Shown here: in pieces, positions 56,237 to 64,000 of the stretch
Numbering within the stretch: the stretch's first letter is position 1
Layout: every line of letters starts with the position of its first letter
Sequence record: OP114733
Direction: 5' to 3' (one strand)
DNA: 64,000 nucleotides
Source of the DNA: Escherichia phage vB_EcoM-pEB20
The notes under the pieces: generated by a model
What the model was told of the DNA's origin: nothing
Database searches by the model: none
What the model saw: the letters and a program-made list of their open reading frames with translations, nothing else
Translations under genes and position numbers: made by a program

Positions 56237-56416
56237 ATGGACCTTATGAGTATGTTTGACGAGCCTGAAGTTGAGGCTCCTAAAGTGCATCGTAGTGAAC
56301 TTGTTGATGAACTAGATAGTATTATACAACGACACGGCTTTAGTTTACCTGTTGAAGTCCTGAAAGACCTCGCCTCTTATTATGACGACCCTCCACCATG
56401 GAGTCCTTGGAAATGA
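56237..56416 (+). CDS. hypothetical acidic protein
   Basis: M4 of ORF 56228. Confidence 0.45.
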   Translation: MDLMSMFDEPEVEAPKVHRSELVDELDSIIQRHGFSLPVEVLKDLASYYDDPPPWSPWK

Positions 56417-56577
56417 AAGAGAAATTGAAAGAGAAATTCTTACTAGAAATCAAGGAAAAAGACTTTGAGACATGGTATCGAATGGTGAAAGGGTTGACAT
56501 TGCTTTTTAAAGCATCTTTATTCATGTTAGAACAACCTGGTCCTGATGGACCTTTAGTAGGAAAGCTTAAAAAGTAG
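56413..56577 (+). CDS. 54-aa ORF (below cutoff) with tandem 12-nt repeat at 5' end
   Basis: ATGA overlap with upstream stop; stop codon overlaps next -35. Confidence 0.35.
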   Translation: MKEKLKEKFLLEIKEKDFETWYRMVKGLTLLFKASLFMLEQPGPDGPLVGKLKK

Positions 56578-56632
56578 TTTACATTCCCTCCTCTCGTGTT
56601 ATGATAGGCTTATCTTTAAATGGAGGTCTATC

Positions 56633-57214
56633 ATGACATGTCAATCTGAACTTCAAGAACGTGAATACCTAACAAATCTGATTGATAGCAAATTCACCCG
56701 CCAAGAACAAAACATTCTCTGGGCTTGCACCGATTCTAAGGAAGACCCGGATTTCCACTATGAATTAGACCATCTTGTTCGTAAGCATATGACTTCTACA
56801 GTACCAGTAGAACTCTACCGTGGTGTAACTCCAGAAGAAGTAGAACGTCTTTCACTTCTTTCTGTTGGATGCCATTGGTCTCCTGGACGAGTAACATCGT
56901 TCACAACTGATTTCAGTACAGCTCGTCAATTCTCCGGGAGATGGGAATACCAGACGTACACTATTCTTAGTCTCAGGAATGCTCCATTCATTTTTGATTA
57001 CTACCAAAACATGGTTAACATTGTACTCGCCGGAAAGAACCCTAAGCATGTTATGGAAGAAACGCGTGTTGATGTCCTAGATATGATTGAATCTGAACAA
57101 GAGTACATGGTCTCAGGTATCTCTAGATTTGAGATTGTGGAAATTGAAGACTTAGAATATGACCCTTTATCTCGATTATACAAAATCATTCATTTGAAAA
57201 TGTTGAATTTTTAG
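56633..57214 (+). CDS. mono-ADP-ribosyltransferase, ModA/ModB family (first paralog)
   Basis: R-S-E triad: LYRGV, FTTDFST, SEQEYMVSG; about 193 aa. Confidence 0.7.
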   Translation: MTCQSELQEREYLTNLIDSKFTRQEQNILWACTDSKEDPDFHYELDHLVRKHMTSTVPVELYRGVTPEEVERLSLLSVGCHWSPGRVTSFTTDFSTARQFSGRWEYQTYTILSLRNAPFIFDYYQNMVNIVLAGKNPKHVMEETRVDVLDMIESEQEYMVSGISRFEIVEIEDLEYDPLSRLYKIIHLKMLNF

Positions 57215-57271
57215 TGTACAAACTCTTCCGATGATGATACTATACCTTTATCAACCACAGGAGAAACCTAA

Positions 57272-57880
57272 ATGTTTATGCCGTATAACGAGTGTGAAAT
57301 TGAAGAAATGGTTCGTCGTGCTCAAAACCCCGAATATCAAGATGTATTGCAGTACGAAATTGATAGTCAATTCAGCGACATTGAACAAAGTGTACTGTGG
57401 CAGTGTATGGAAAACAAGCCAGACTGTATTCAACAGGAGTTAAGTTCAATCGTTCGTAGAAATTGGACGTCTTCTGTTCCTGAGACAATGTATCGTGGAA
57501 TCTCTAAGAAAACTATGGCCGCACTCGATGATAAAGGCGTTGGTAGTATTATTAAATTTGACAGAGTAATGAGCTTCAGCCCAGTGTTCGGTGTAGCACG
57601 TAACTTTGCTTCGTATAATTTTTACGGAACATTTAATATGTTCTGCATCAAAGATGCACCATTTGCTTTCAACTTCCGTGAACATATGCTTAACATGATT
57701 CTGGCTGCGCCATCTTGTGAGTTCAATGGAGCTTTCCCTGAAGCGACAAGACGGTCTAATGCTAGACTTATATCCGACGAATGTGAATTTATGCTCCCTA
57801 TAGGGACTACACTGCGTGTAGATTCTATTATTCAAGATGGACATTATACAATCTGGAATCTGTCTATTGTCAGTTACTGA
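57272..57880 (+). CDS. mono-ADP-ribosyltransferase, ModA/ModB family (second paralog)
   Basis: MYRGI, SFSPVFG, DECEFMLP; about 202 aa. Confidence 0.7.
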   Translation: MFMPYNECEIEEMVRRAQNPEYQDVLQYEIDSQFSDIEQSVLWQCMENKPDCIQQELSSIVRRNWTSSVPETMYRGISKKTMAALDDKGVGSIIKFDRVMSFSPVFGVARNFASYNFYGTFNMFCIKDAPFAFNFREHMLNMILAAPSCEFNGAFPEATRRSNARLISDECEFMLPIGTTLRVDSIIQDGHYTIWNLSIVSY

Positions 57881-58033
57881 CTGAATTGGAATAACCGGAT
57901 GGAACTCAGAACCATTATAACACATAAAAAATTAAAGCATTTTACGAAAAAAGAGTGTACACTACCTGAGGGCATGATATTATAAGCTTATCAGCTAAAT
58001 GGCCTTAACGTCCGTAAGACAGAGGAAAATATT

Positions 58034-58780
58034 ATGTTATCAAATAATAAAATTAACAAAATCAATCGTCGTCTTGACCACACCAGAGCTTCTGCGAAGA
58101 GACGCTCTAAGGATTTTAACTTAGACTTTAATTACCTTAAAAACATTCTTGATCAAAAGGTCTGCGCTTACTCAGGTGAATCTTTTAATAACTCTGTTGA
58201 AGGTGAGAAATTATCCTTAGAACGTTTTAATAATGATATAGGCTACATTAAAGGTAATGTTATCCCAGTTAAGAAAAAATATAACACGGCTCGTTCTGAT
58301 TTAACACTAGAAGAACTTATTGAGAAACGTGACGCTGTTGCAAGACGTATTGCTAATCCTTCTGCCCGTAAAGTAGATAAACTTAATCTCGACGAGAAGA
58401 AATGGGCCCAAATTAAAAATGTTTATGGTACTATTTTAAAAATCCGAGCAAAACGTGAAAATCGTGTTAAGCATATGGCGAACATGATGAAAAATCAACC
58501 TTTATCTAACGAATCTAAACTTAGAATTGTTGCTTTGAAAGCACGCATTAATGGCTCACATCAAGCAGAAGGCCATGAACTTACTAAACTCAACGTTCTT
58601 CTTAAAGGCTCTGACTGGAAAACTAAAACTAAATTAACTGACGCTGAATCGCTTTTCGATACATATGATAAAGTTATCCAAGGTCTGCAACGTTTTGAAA
58701 AGATTGGTTTCATCGGTAAATTAAAATTGAAACGTGGCTTACCACTTAGCGCATCATTATTCCAACTGATTAAAGGTTAA
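58034..58780 (+). CDS. Srd-like protein (by synteny between mod genes and dda)
   Basis: 248 aa basic protein; position matches T4 srd. Confidence 0.45.
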   Translation: MLSNNKINKINRRLDHTRASAKRRSKDFNLDFNYLKNILDQKVCAYSGESFNNSVEGEKLSLERFNNDIGYIKGNVIPVKKKYNTARSDLTLEELIEKRDAVARRIANPSARKVDKLNLDEKKWAQIKNVYGTILKIRAKRENRVKHMANMMKNQPLSNESKLRIVALKARINGSHQAEGHELTKLNVLLKGSDWKTKTKLTDAESLFDTYDKVIQGLQRFEKIGFIGKLKLKRGLPLSASLFQLIKG

Positions 58781-58782
58781 TT

Positions 58783-59094
58783 ATGGTTTATGTATATGCA
58801 ATAGTTTATCGAGATATGGAAGGATTTACTGTCCCGGTTCCACTTGATGAGCATCGTCCTGCGGTATTTTTTAGAAAGGATATTGCAGATAAAGTTTTCG
58901 ATACTTTGAAAACACAATATAAAACAGATTTAAAAATGGGAGTTCTAAGAATGGTCGAAACTCCGCGTAAGTTCTGGTTTAATAAGCTTGAAATGAAACA
59001 CGTTAAACTAGATGCGGAGACGCAAAGATTGTATCAACGAATTCTGGACACAGGCCGTATTGTTAGTATTCCAATTGCAGGGACTTTACGATGA
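58783..59094 (+). CDS. hypothetical protein
   Basis: ORF track. Confidence 0.5.
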   Translation: MVYVYAIVYRDMEGFTVPVPLDEHRPAVFFRKDIADKVFDTLKTQYKTDLKMGVLRMVETPRKFWFNKLEMKHVKLDAETQRLYQRILDTGRIVSIPIAGTLR

Positions 59095-60404
59095 CATTTG
59101 ATGATTTGACTGAAGGCCAGAAAAACGCCTTCAACGTTGTTATGAACGCTATTAAAGAAAAGAAACATCATGTAACTATTAACGGTCCCGCTGGTACAGG
59201 TAAAACAACCCTTACTAGATTCATCGTTGAAGCTCTTATTTCTGCCGGAGAATCAGGTATTATTTTAGCAGCACCAACACATGCTGCTAAAAAGGTTCTA
59301 AGCAAACTTGCGGGTCAAGAAGCATCGACTATTCATAGTATTCTTAAAATCAACCCGATAACGTATGAAGAAAACGTATTGTTTGAACAGAAAAAGGTTC
59401 CCGACTTAGCCTTGTGTCGTGTACTGTTATTTGATGAAGCGTCAATGTGCGACCGTTCTCTGTTTAAAATAATGTTAGCTAGTATCCCTAAATGGTGTAC
59501 AGTAATTGGAATCGGCGACCGATGCCAGATTCGTCCGGTAGACCCAGGCGAATCAACTGCGTATCTAAGTCCTTTCTTCACTCACAAAGACTTTGTGCAA
59601 TGCAACCTTACAGAAGTTAAACGTAGCAATGCACCAATTATTGATGTTGCGACTGATATTCGTAATGGCAAATGGATTTACGATAAAGTAGTTGATGGGC
59701 ACGGTGTTCATGGATATACAGACCTTAAATCGTATATGATGAACTATTTTAACGTTGTTAAAACTCCTGAAGACCTTTTCGAAAATCGAATGATGGCATT
59801 CACAAATAAGTCGGTGGACAAGTTAAATTCAATTATTCGCCGAAAACTTCTTGAAACAGAAAAACCATTTATTAAAGACGAAGTCATTGTTCTACAAGAG
59901 CCATTTACTAAGACATATAAGCTAGATGGTAAAAATATGACCGAAATGCTTTTCAATAATGGGCAATTCGTTCGTATTCGAGATGCTGTAGAAACGTCTA
60001 CATTCGTTAAAGCACGTGGTGTTTCGGGCGAATATATGATACGATACTGGAATCTTACAGTAGAAACATATGGGGATGATGAAGAATACATCCGCGAAGA
60101 TATAAAGGTTATTTCTTCTGAAGAAGAGCTTTATAAATTCAATTTGTTTTTGGCTAAGACCGCAGAAACATACAAATTCTGGAATAAAGGTGGTAAAGCT
60201 CCATGGAGTGAATTCTGGGATGCTAAACGTATGTTCACTAAGGTGAAGGCACTACCAGTATCAACCTTCCATAAGGCCCAGGGTATGTCTGTTGACACGG
60301 CCTTTGTTTATACACCGTGTATCCATTATGCCGATTCAGAATTAGCTAAACAGTTATTGTATGTCGGCACAACTCGTGGTCGTTTTGACGTCCATTTTAT
60401 TTGA
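59091..60404 (+). CDS. dda: Dda SF1B DNA helicase
   Basis: Walker A GPAGTGKTT; 437 aa; synteny. Confidence 0.85.
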   Translation: MTFDDLTEGQKNAFNVVMNAIKEKKHHVTINGPAGTGKTTLTRFIVEALISAGESGIILAAPTHAAKKVLSKLAGQEASTIHSILKINPITYEENVLFEQKKVPDLALCRVLLFDEASMCDRSLFKIMLASIPKWCTVIGIGDRCQIRPVDPGESTAYLSPFFTHKDFVQCNLTEVKRSNAPIIDVATDIRNGKWIYDKVVDGHGVHGYTDLKSYMMNYFNVVKTPEDLFENRMMAFTNKSVDKLNSIIRRKLLETEKPFIKDEVIVLQEPFTKTYKLDGKNMTEMLFNNGQFVRIRDAVETSTFVKARGVSGEYMIRYWNLTVETYGDDEEYIREDIKVISSEEELYKFNLFLAKTAETYKFWNKGGKAPWSEFWDAKRMFTKVKALPVSTFHKAQGMSVDTAFVYTPCIHYADSELAKQLLYVGTTRGRFDVHFI

Positions 60405-60413
60405 GAGAAAATT

Positions 60414-61091
60414 ATGAGCACTGATGTTATTATAGATTTTGAAACATTCGGCAATACATCAAAAGCGGCTGTTATTGACCTTGCGGTTATTGCATATAAT
60501 TCCGACCCTGAAGTTGTTGAATCATTTGAAGAACTTGTTCAACGAGGTAAGCGAATTAAATTTAATTTAGCTTCTCAGAAAGGGAAGCGAGTTTTCGCTA
60601 AATCCACTATGAAATGGTGGAAAGAACAATCAGCAGAAGCACGTAAAAACCTGGCTCCGTCTGAAGACGATGTCACTACGCTTGAAGGCATTAAAATCTT
60701 TTTAGATTATTGTCGAGCTAATAAAGTTGACCAATGGAAATCACAGATGTGGTGCCGTGGTATGAGCTTTGACTTCCCGATCTTGGTCGATTTGATTCGT
60801 GACCTCTATCGTGATGAAGGTGTTCTTGAACCAGATATTGATACTGATAAATTAGAACCTGTTAAATTCTGGGCTCAACGTGATATTCGTACGGCAATCG
60901 AAGCTTACTCGTTGACACGAGGATTAAGTATGTGTCCATTACCGATGGGTACGCTAAAAGGATTCGTTGCCCATGATAGTATTCATGATTGTGCTAAAGA
61001 TATTTTGATGTTAAAATATGCTCAGCGTTATGCGCTTGGCCTTGAAGATGTCCCTGAGAATCCTGACCCGTTAAGTGTAAAACAGCGATAA
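60414..61091 (+). CDS. dexA: exonuclease A (DEDD-type)
   Basis: IIDFETFG..AVIDLAVIAY..CRGMSFDFPILVDLIRD resembles T4 DexA as recalled. Confidence 0.85.
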   Translation: MSTDVIIDFETFGNTSKAAVIDLAVIAYNSDPEVVESFEELVQRGKRIKFNLASQKGKRVFAKSTMKWWKEQSAEARKNLAPSEDDVTTLEGIKIFLDYCRANKVDQWKSQMWCRGMSFDFPILVDLIRDLYRDEGVLEPDIDTDKLEPVKFWAQRDIRTAIEAYSLTRGLSMCPLPMGTLKGFVAHDSIHDCAKDILMLKYAQRYALGLEDVPENPDPLSVKQR

Positions 61092-61096
61092 AAACA

Positions 61097-61126
61097 GTTT
61101 ACAACCAAGGATGGTTGGAGTATAAT
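61097..61126 (+). promoter_or_regulatory. early promoter with spacer hairpin CAACCA-AGGA-TGGTTG
   Basis: GTTTAC 61097-61102; stem 61102-61107/61112-61117; TATAAT 61121-61126. Confidence 0.55.
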
Positions 61127-61157
61127 TTTTCTATCTTAACCAAACAGGAAAAACATT

Positions 61158-61652
61158 ATGAATATCAATACCATGGCCACTTACATCCTGAAAGACGAAA
61201 AACAAATCAACTGGTACAGTGCTTCAGTGCGAGCTTATGAAAAGTTTTGTGAAATTTTAGGTGCCACTCAAGGTAATAGTTTCACTATTGTTAACTTCAT
61301 CAAACAAGCTGAAGGCCCTTGGTTATTCTTAGAAATTAAAAATTCATACGGTACAATTTCTACTACCGCCCTTCCAAGCACCGACTTTGAACTGTTGATT
61401 GAAGAAGTAGAACCCGTTAAAGACCTCTGTATTGATATGGATATCGCTTGTATGTACGGTACTCTGATTAAGCCTATTGAGCCTACTGATTTGTTGTGTA
61501 AAGCTGTTTCAATTCGACGTCCGTTCGCAGGTCCAGTGAGTGGATGGGTAACTGATCAGTGGATTGAAGATGGTGTTGAACTTCTGAACGTTGTTCACGC
61601 AGGTGATTTTAGTGTAGTTCCACGTAGTGCTGTAGTTAATATCCTTAATTAA
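61158..61652 (+). CDS. paralog family B member 1 (C-terminal DQW[IV]EDG motif)
   Basis: C-terminus ...GWVTDQWIEDGVELLNVVHAGDFSVV. Confidence 0.55.
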   Translation: MNINTMATYILKDEKQINWYSASVRAYEKFCEILGATQGNSFTIVNFIKQAEGPWLFLEIKNSYGTISTTALPSTDFELLIEEVEPVKDLCIDMDIACMYGTLIKPIEPTDLLCKAVSIRRPFAGPVSGWVTDQWIEDGVELLNVVHAGDFSVVPRSAVVNILN

Positions 61653-61712
61653 TGTTGTACATCCAAGGATGGATGGAGTATAATGAATTCAACTTAAACA
61701 AAGAGAGAAATT

Positions 61713-62177
61713 ATGATTACTATTGGTGAAATTAAACGTGTATCGACAGTGTCTCGTTCTAAAGCTGCAGGAAAGCTGGTTGAAGTAGTAGGACTTCGTA
61801 CTAATGGCATGGGCCGTATTAAAGAAGTTAAAGTTCGAATCATTCCTAGTTCTGGAAAAACTGAAACTCAGTTCGCCTATGTAAGTCCTAAATTCTTGGA
61901 AACTCCTGTGAGCGCTCATTTTGCTTCAAGCGATATCGTTGAGCCTACTACACAGTTCAAATGGGCCTTGTGTAAAGGTGTTGAATTCCAGACTGATAAA
62001 GAATTTGACTTCATCGATGAATACGGTTATCCAAGCAAAACTGATACTATGTGTGGCTTCATTAGTGACCAATGGGTAGAAGATGGTAAAAAGCTATACA
62101 ATATTGTATTCTTAGGTGACTTCCGAGTTGTTGAAGAATCTGAAATCACTCGCTATGTGTCTCCTCGTAAAGCTTAA
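61713..62177 (+). CDS. paralog family B member 2
   Basis: ...GFISDQWVEDGKKLYNIVFLGDFRVV; homologous over full length to next ORF. Confidence 0.6.
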   Translation: MITIGEIKRVSTVSRSKAAGKLVEVVGLRTNGMGRIKEVKVRIIPSSGKTETQFAYVSPKFLETPVSAHFASSDIVEPTTQFKWALCKGVEFQTDKEFDFIDEYGYPSKTDTMCGFISDQWVEDGKKLYNIVFLGDFRVVEESEITRYVSPRKA

Positions 62178-62186
62178 GGAATTATT

Positions 62187-62606
62187 ATGAATATTGCAAA
62201 TCTCTCTATTGGTGATTATGTACATGTATCGGATGCTTCTCGCTCTAAAGTTGCTGGGAAGTTGGTTGAAGTTCTTTCTGTGAGTGATCCGGTTTTTGGA
62301 CGTAACGAAGTTAAAGTTCGTGACGCCGATGGTAACATTGGTTACGTTAAAAGCCAGTTCATTGAGCCAGAAGAACGTACGTTCAAATGGAAACTGTGCA
62401 GGTCTGTTTTAGTTGTAAAAGACCATGAATTTACTATTGCTGCTGCAACTGACGGGTCTCCATGGACAACGAATCAAGTTGCTGGTTTTATTTCGGACCA
62501 ATGGGTAGAAGATGGTGTTAAGCTTTATAACATCGTTTTCGCTGGACAGTTCATGGTAGTTCCTGAGTTCCAAATCAAAAAATATTGTCCAGCATCTTTT
62601 GCATAA
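62187..62606 (+). CDS. paralog family B member 3
   Basis: ...GFISDQWVEDGVKLYNIVFAGQFMVV. Confidence 0.6.
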   Translation: MNIANLSIGDYVHVSDASRSKVAGKLVEVLSVSDPVFGRNEVKVRDADGNIGYVKSQFIEPEERTFKWKLCRSVLVVKDHEFTIAAATDGSPWTTNQVAGFISDQWVEDGVKLYNIVFAGQFMVVPEFQIKKYCPASFA

Positions 62607-62610
62607 AGTT

Positions 62611-62660
62611 GTTTACTTCTCCTCTGGTTTTGATATTATAACCGTATCAACCAGAGGAGA
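62611..62660 (+). promoter_or_regulatory. early promoter in 12-bp perfect inverted repeat (PeSL-like)
   Basis: GTTTAC 62611-62616; arms TCTCCTCTGGTT and AACCAGAGGAGA. Confidence 0.6.
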
Positions 62661-62665
62661 ATAAT

Positions 62666-63190
62666 ATGTTAGTTTACCGCGTAGAACGTAGTTTTTGTAC
62701 TCAACGTGAATCATTACCCGGAATTGCTATCGAAGACGGTAAAGCCGTCAGAATTTGGGAAACCTCTTGGAATAAAGAACCTCGCTCGCCATACGGTTGG
62801 TCGGGCACCGACAACTCTGAAGAAACATGGGAGTTCCTTGATAAGCATGGAATACTCTCAGGTAACTTCTACCATCACGGCGACAACTATAATGTCCCTA
62901 ATCGTCCTACAGTAAATGAAGACAAACTCCTTGAACAAAATATCTTAAGATACTATAGAATTGAGCACACATTTGAATTGAACGAAGATTGGGCTCAAGG
63001 GTTCTATTTTGGATTTGAAAGTGTTGATGCGGTTTATGCATGGTTTGACGACCAGGTGGATGTTGAACTCTTGAAAGCTAAAGGATACTATATCGCGGTC
63101 TATGAAGCACCTGATTTCATCCTCGGAAGTTGTCAATTAATGTTTAGACGTTCATTGGCAGAACAAGTTGATTTTATTTTGCTAAAATGA
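62666..63190 (+). CDS. hypothetical protein
   Basis: ORF track. Confidence 0.55.
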   Translation: MLVYRVERSFCTQRESLPGIAIEDGKAVRIWETSWNKEPRSPYGWSGTDNSEETWEFLDKHGILSGNFYHHGDNYNVPNRPTVNEDKLLEQNILRYYRIEHTFELNEDWAQGFYFGFESVDAVYAWFDDQVDVELLKAKGYYIAVYEAPDFILGSCQLMFRRSLAEQVDFILLK

Positions 63191-63247
63191 TGTACAATAA
63201 CTATAGTCTATGATACTATAAACCTATCAAAACAAGAGGAGAATATT

Positions 63248-63475
63248 ATGAAACGTCAAATCATTAAAAACGTAACTACTGATTCAAACATCGATGAGTT
63301 TGAAGATGTTCTGTTTAATCCTGATTTAGTTGTTGTACAGAAAAGCTGGACTGAATTTTTATGCTACACTGAAGTGGTTTACGTTTACGAAAAACTCGGT
63401 GACGAAATGCCTATCTATGGCATCTTCCGTGAAATCACTGAAAACGGTACAACTTATTGGAAGGAAACTTACTAA
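63248..63475 (+). CDS. hypothetical acidic protein
   Basis: ORF track. Confidence 0.5.
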   Translation: MKRQIIKNVTTDSNIDEFEDVLFNPDLVVVQKSWTEFLCYTEVVYVYEKLGDEMPIYGIFREITENGTTYWKETY

Positions 63476-63888
63476 TGGCTAATAAATTCCGCGTTAACTC
63501 ATGGTACCAATTTAAAGATAAACGTGCCCAAGAAGAGTTTATTAAAGACCACACCGATAATGGGATTTATGCACGACGTCTTGGCATGGAACCATTTAAA
63601 GTATTAGATGTTGACCATCTTGGTCGTCCTACTAAAATTGTGACATCTACTGGCATGGTTGGATACGCAACAGGCGGTGATATCCTTGATGAAAACTTTA
63701 TCTGGCTCTCCACGAATGAAGCAGAGTTCTTTGTCGAAGTTGGAAATCCGTATCAAGCGTCCGAAGAGCAAGATTCTGGTGAACTTGACGAATTGTCTGA
63801 ATTTCCGGTGATGACGATTACTATCGAAAATAACGACCAGGCGTGGTCTTTGTATAAAATGTTGAAAGCTCACTTTAAGGAACAATAA
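63475..63888 (+). CDS. hypothetical protein
   Basis: M7 of ORF 63457; TAATG coupling. Confidence 0.5.
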   Translation: MANKFRVNSWYQFKDKRAQEEFIKDHTDNGIYARRLGMEPFKVLDVDHLGRPTKIVTSTGMVGYATGGDILDENFIWLSTNEAEFFVEVGNPYQASEEQDSGELDELSEFPVMTITIENNDQAWSLYKMLKAHFKEQ

Positions 63889-64000
63889 TGCCGTTATACG
63901 ACTATAAATGCCAATCTGAAGATTGTGGTCATGAATATGAAAAAATTAAAAGAATTTCTGAACGAGAAAACGATGTTTGCCCTGAATGTCATCGTCTGTC
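63888..64000 (+). CDS. 3'-truncated zinc-ribbon protein (CxxC...CxxC)
   Basis: ATG after AAGGAAC; [18 protein letters not shown]...VCPECHRL; runs off window. Confidence 0.45.
   Translation, partial: MPLYDYKCQSEDCGHEYEKIKRISERENDVCPECHRL

Noticed and set aside
1034-62665. Possible CRISPR array suggested by the many short repeated palindromic elements
   Set aside because: The repeats are separated by whole genes, not short spacers. Their arms differ in sequence and each contains a -35/-10 promoter. They are promoter cassettes, not CRISPR repeats.
1-64000. Prophage integration or mobile element signatures (integrase, transposase, att sites, homing endonucleases)
   Set aside because: I saw no tyrosine/serine recombinase, transposase, GIY-YIG or HNH ORF. 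The window is a lytic phage genome segment.

Overview
This window reads as the early/middle (replication, recombination, nucleotide-metabolism) arm of a T4-like myovirus, most likely the RB69 lineage: the 903-aa DNA polymerase matches my recollection of RB69 gp43. No database search was possible, so every assignment rests on motifs and synteny read by eye. Almost all genes are on the + strand, tightly packed, with many ATGA/TAATG stop-start overlaps. The order is collinear with T4: nudE, e, internal proteins, denV, regB, tk, rI, nrdC, 49, nrdD, nrdG, 55, 47, 46, rpbA, 45, 44, 62, regA, 43, a 42-like gene, uvsX, 41, dmd, sp, 61, 56, soc, Mod-like ARTs, dda, dexA. The most interesting departure is between gene 43 and uvsX (39849-46376). 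Where T4 carries imm and beta-gt, this phage has a KdsD-like SIS sugar-phosphate isomerase, a fused sugar-1-phosphate nucleotidyltransferase/kinase, a small HAD phosphatase, a Cys-rich enzyme, a thymidylate-synthase-fold hydroxymethylase, a 299-aa unknown and a P-loop kinase. The alpha-gt position between 47 and 55 is empty. I interpret this as an NDP-sugar (probably arabinose-type) pathway built on ADP-heptose logic that feeds non-glucose glycosylation of hydroxymethyl-pyrimidine DNA. Other notable features: about 25 promoter-in-stem-loop cassettes (PeSL-like); RBS-sequestering hairpins with late promoters at e and 49; four tandem internal-protein genes with capsid-targeting N-termini; tandem paralog arrays; a host-like GrcA glycyl-radical cofactor; and an SLT/macro-domain cluster. 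No tRNA, CRISPR, integrase or transposase was found. Coordinates of regulatory elements were anchored to ORF-track boundaries but remain approximate (about +/-2 nt).
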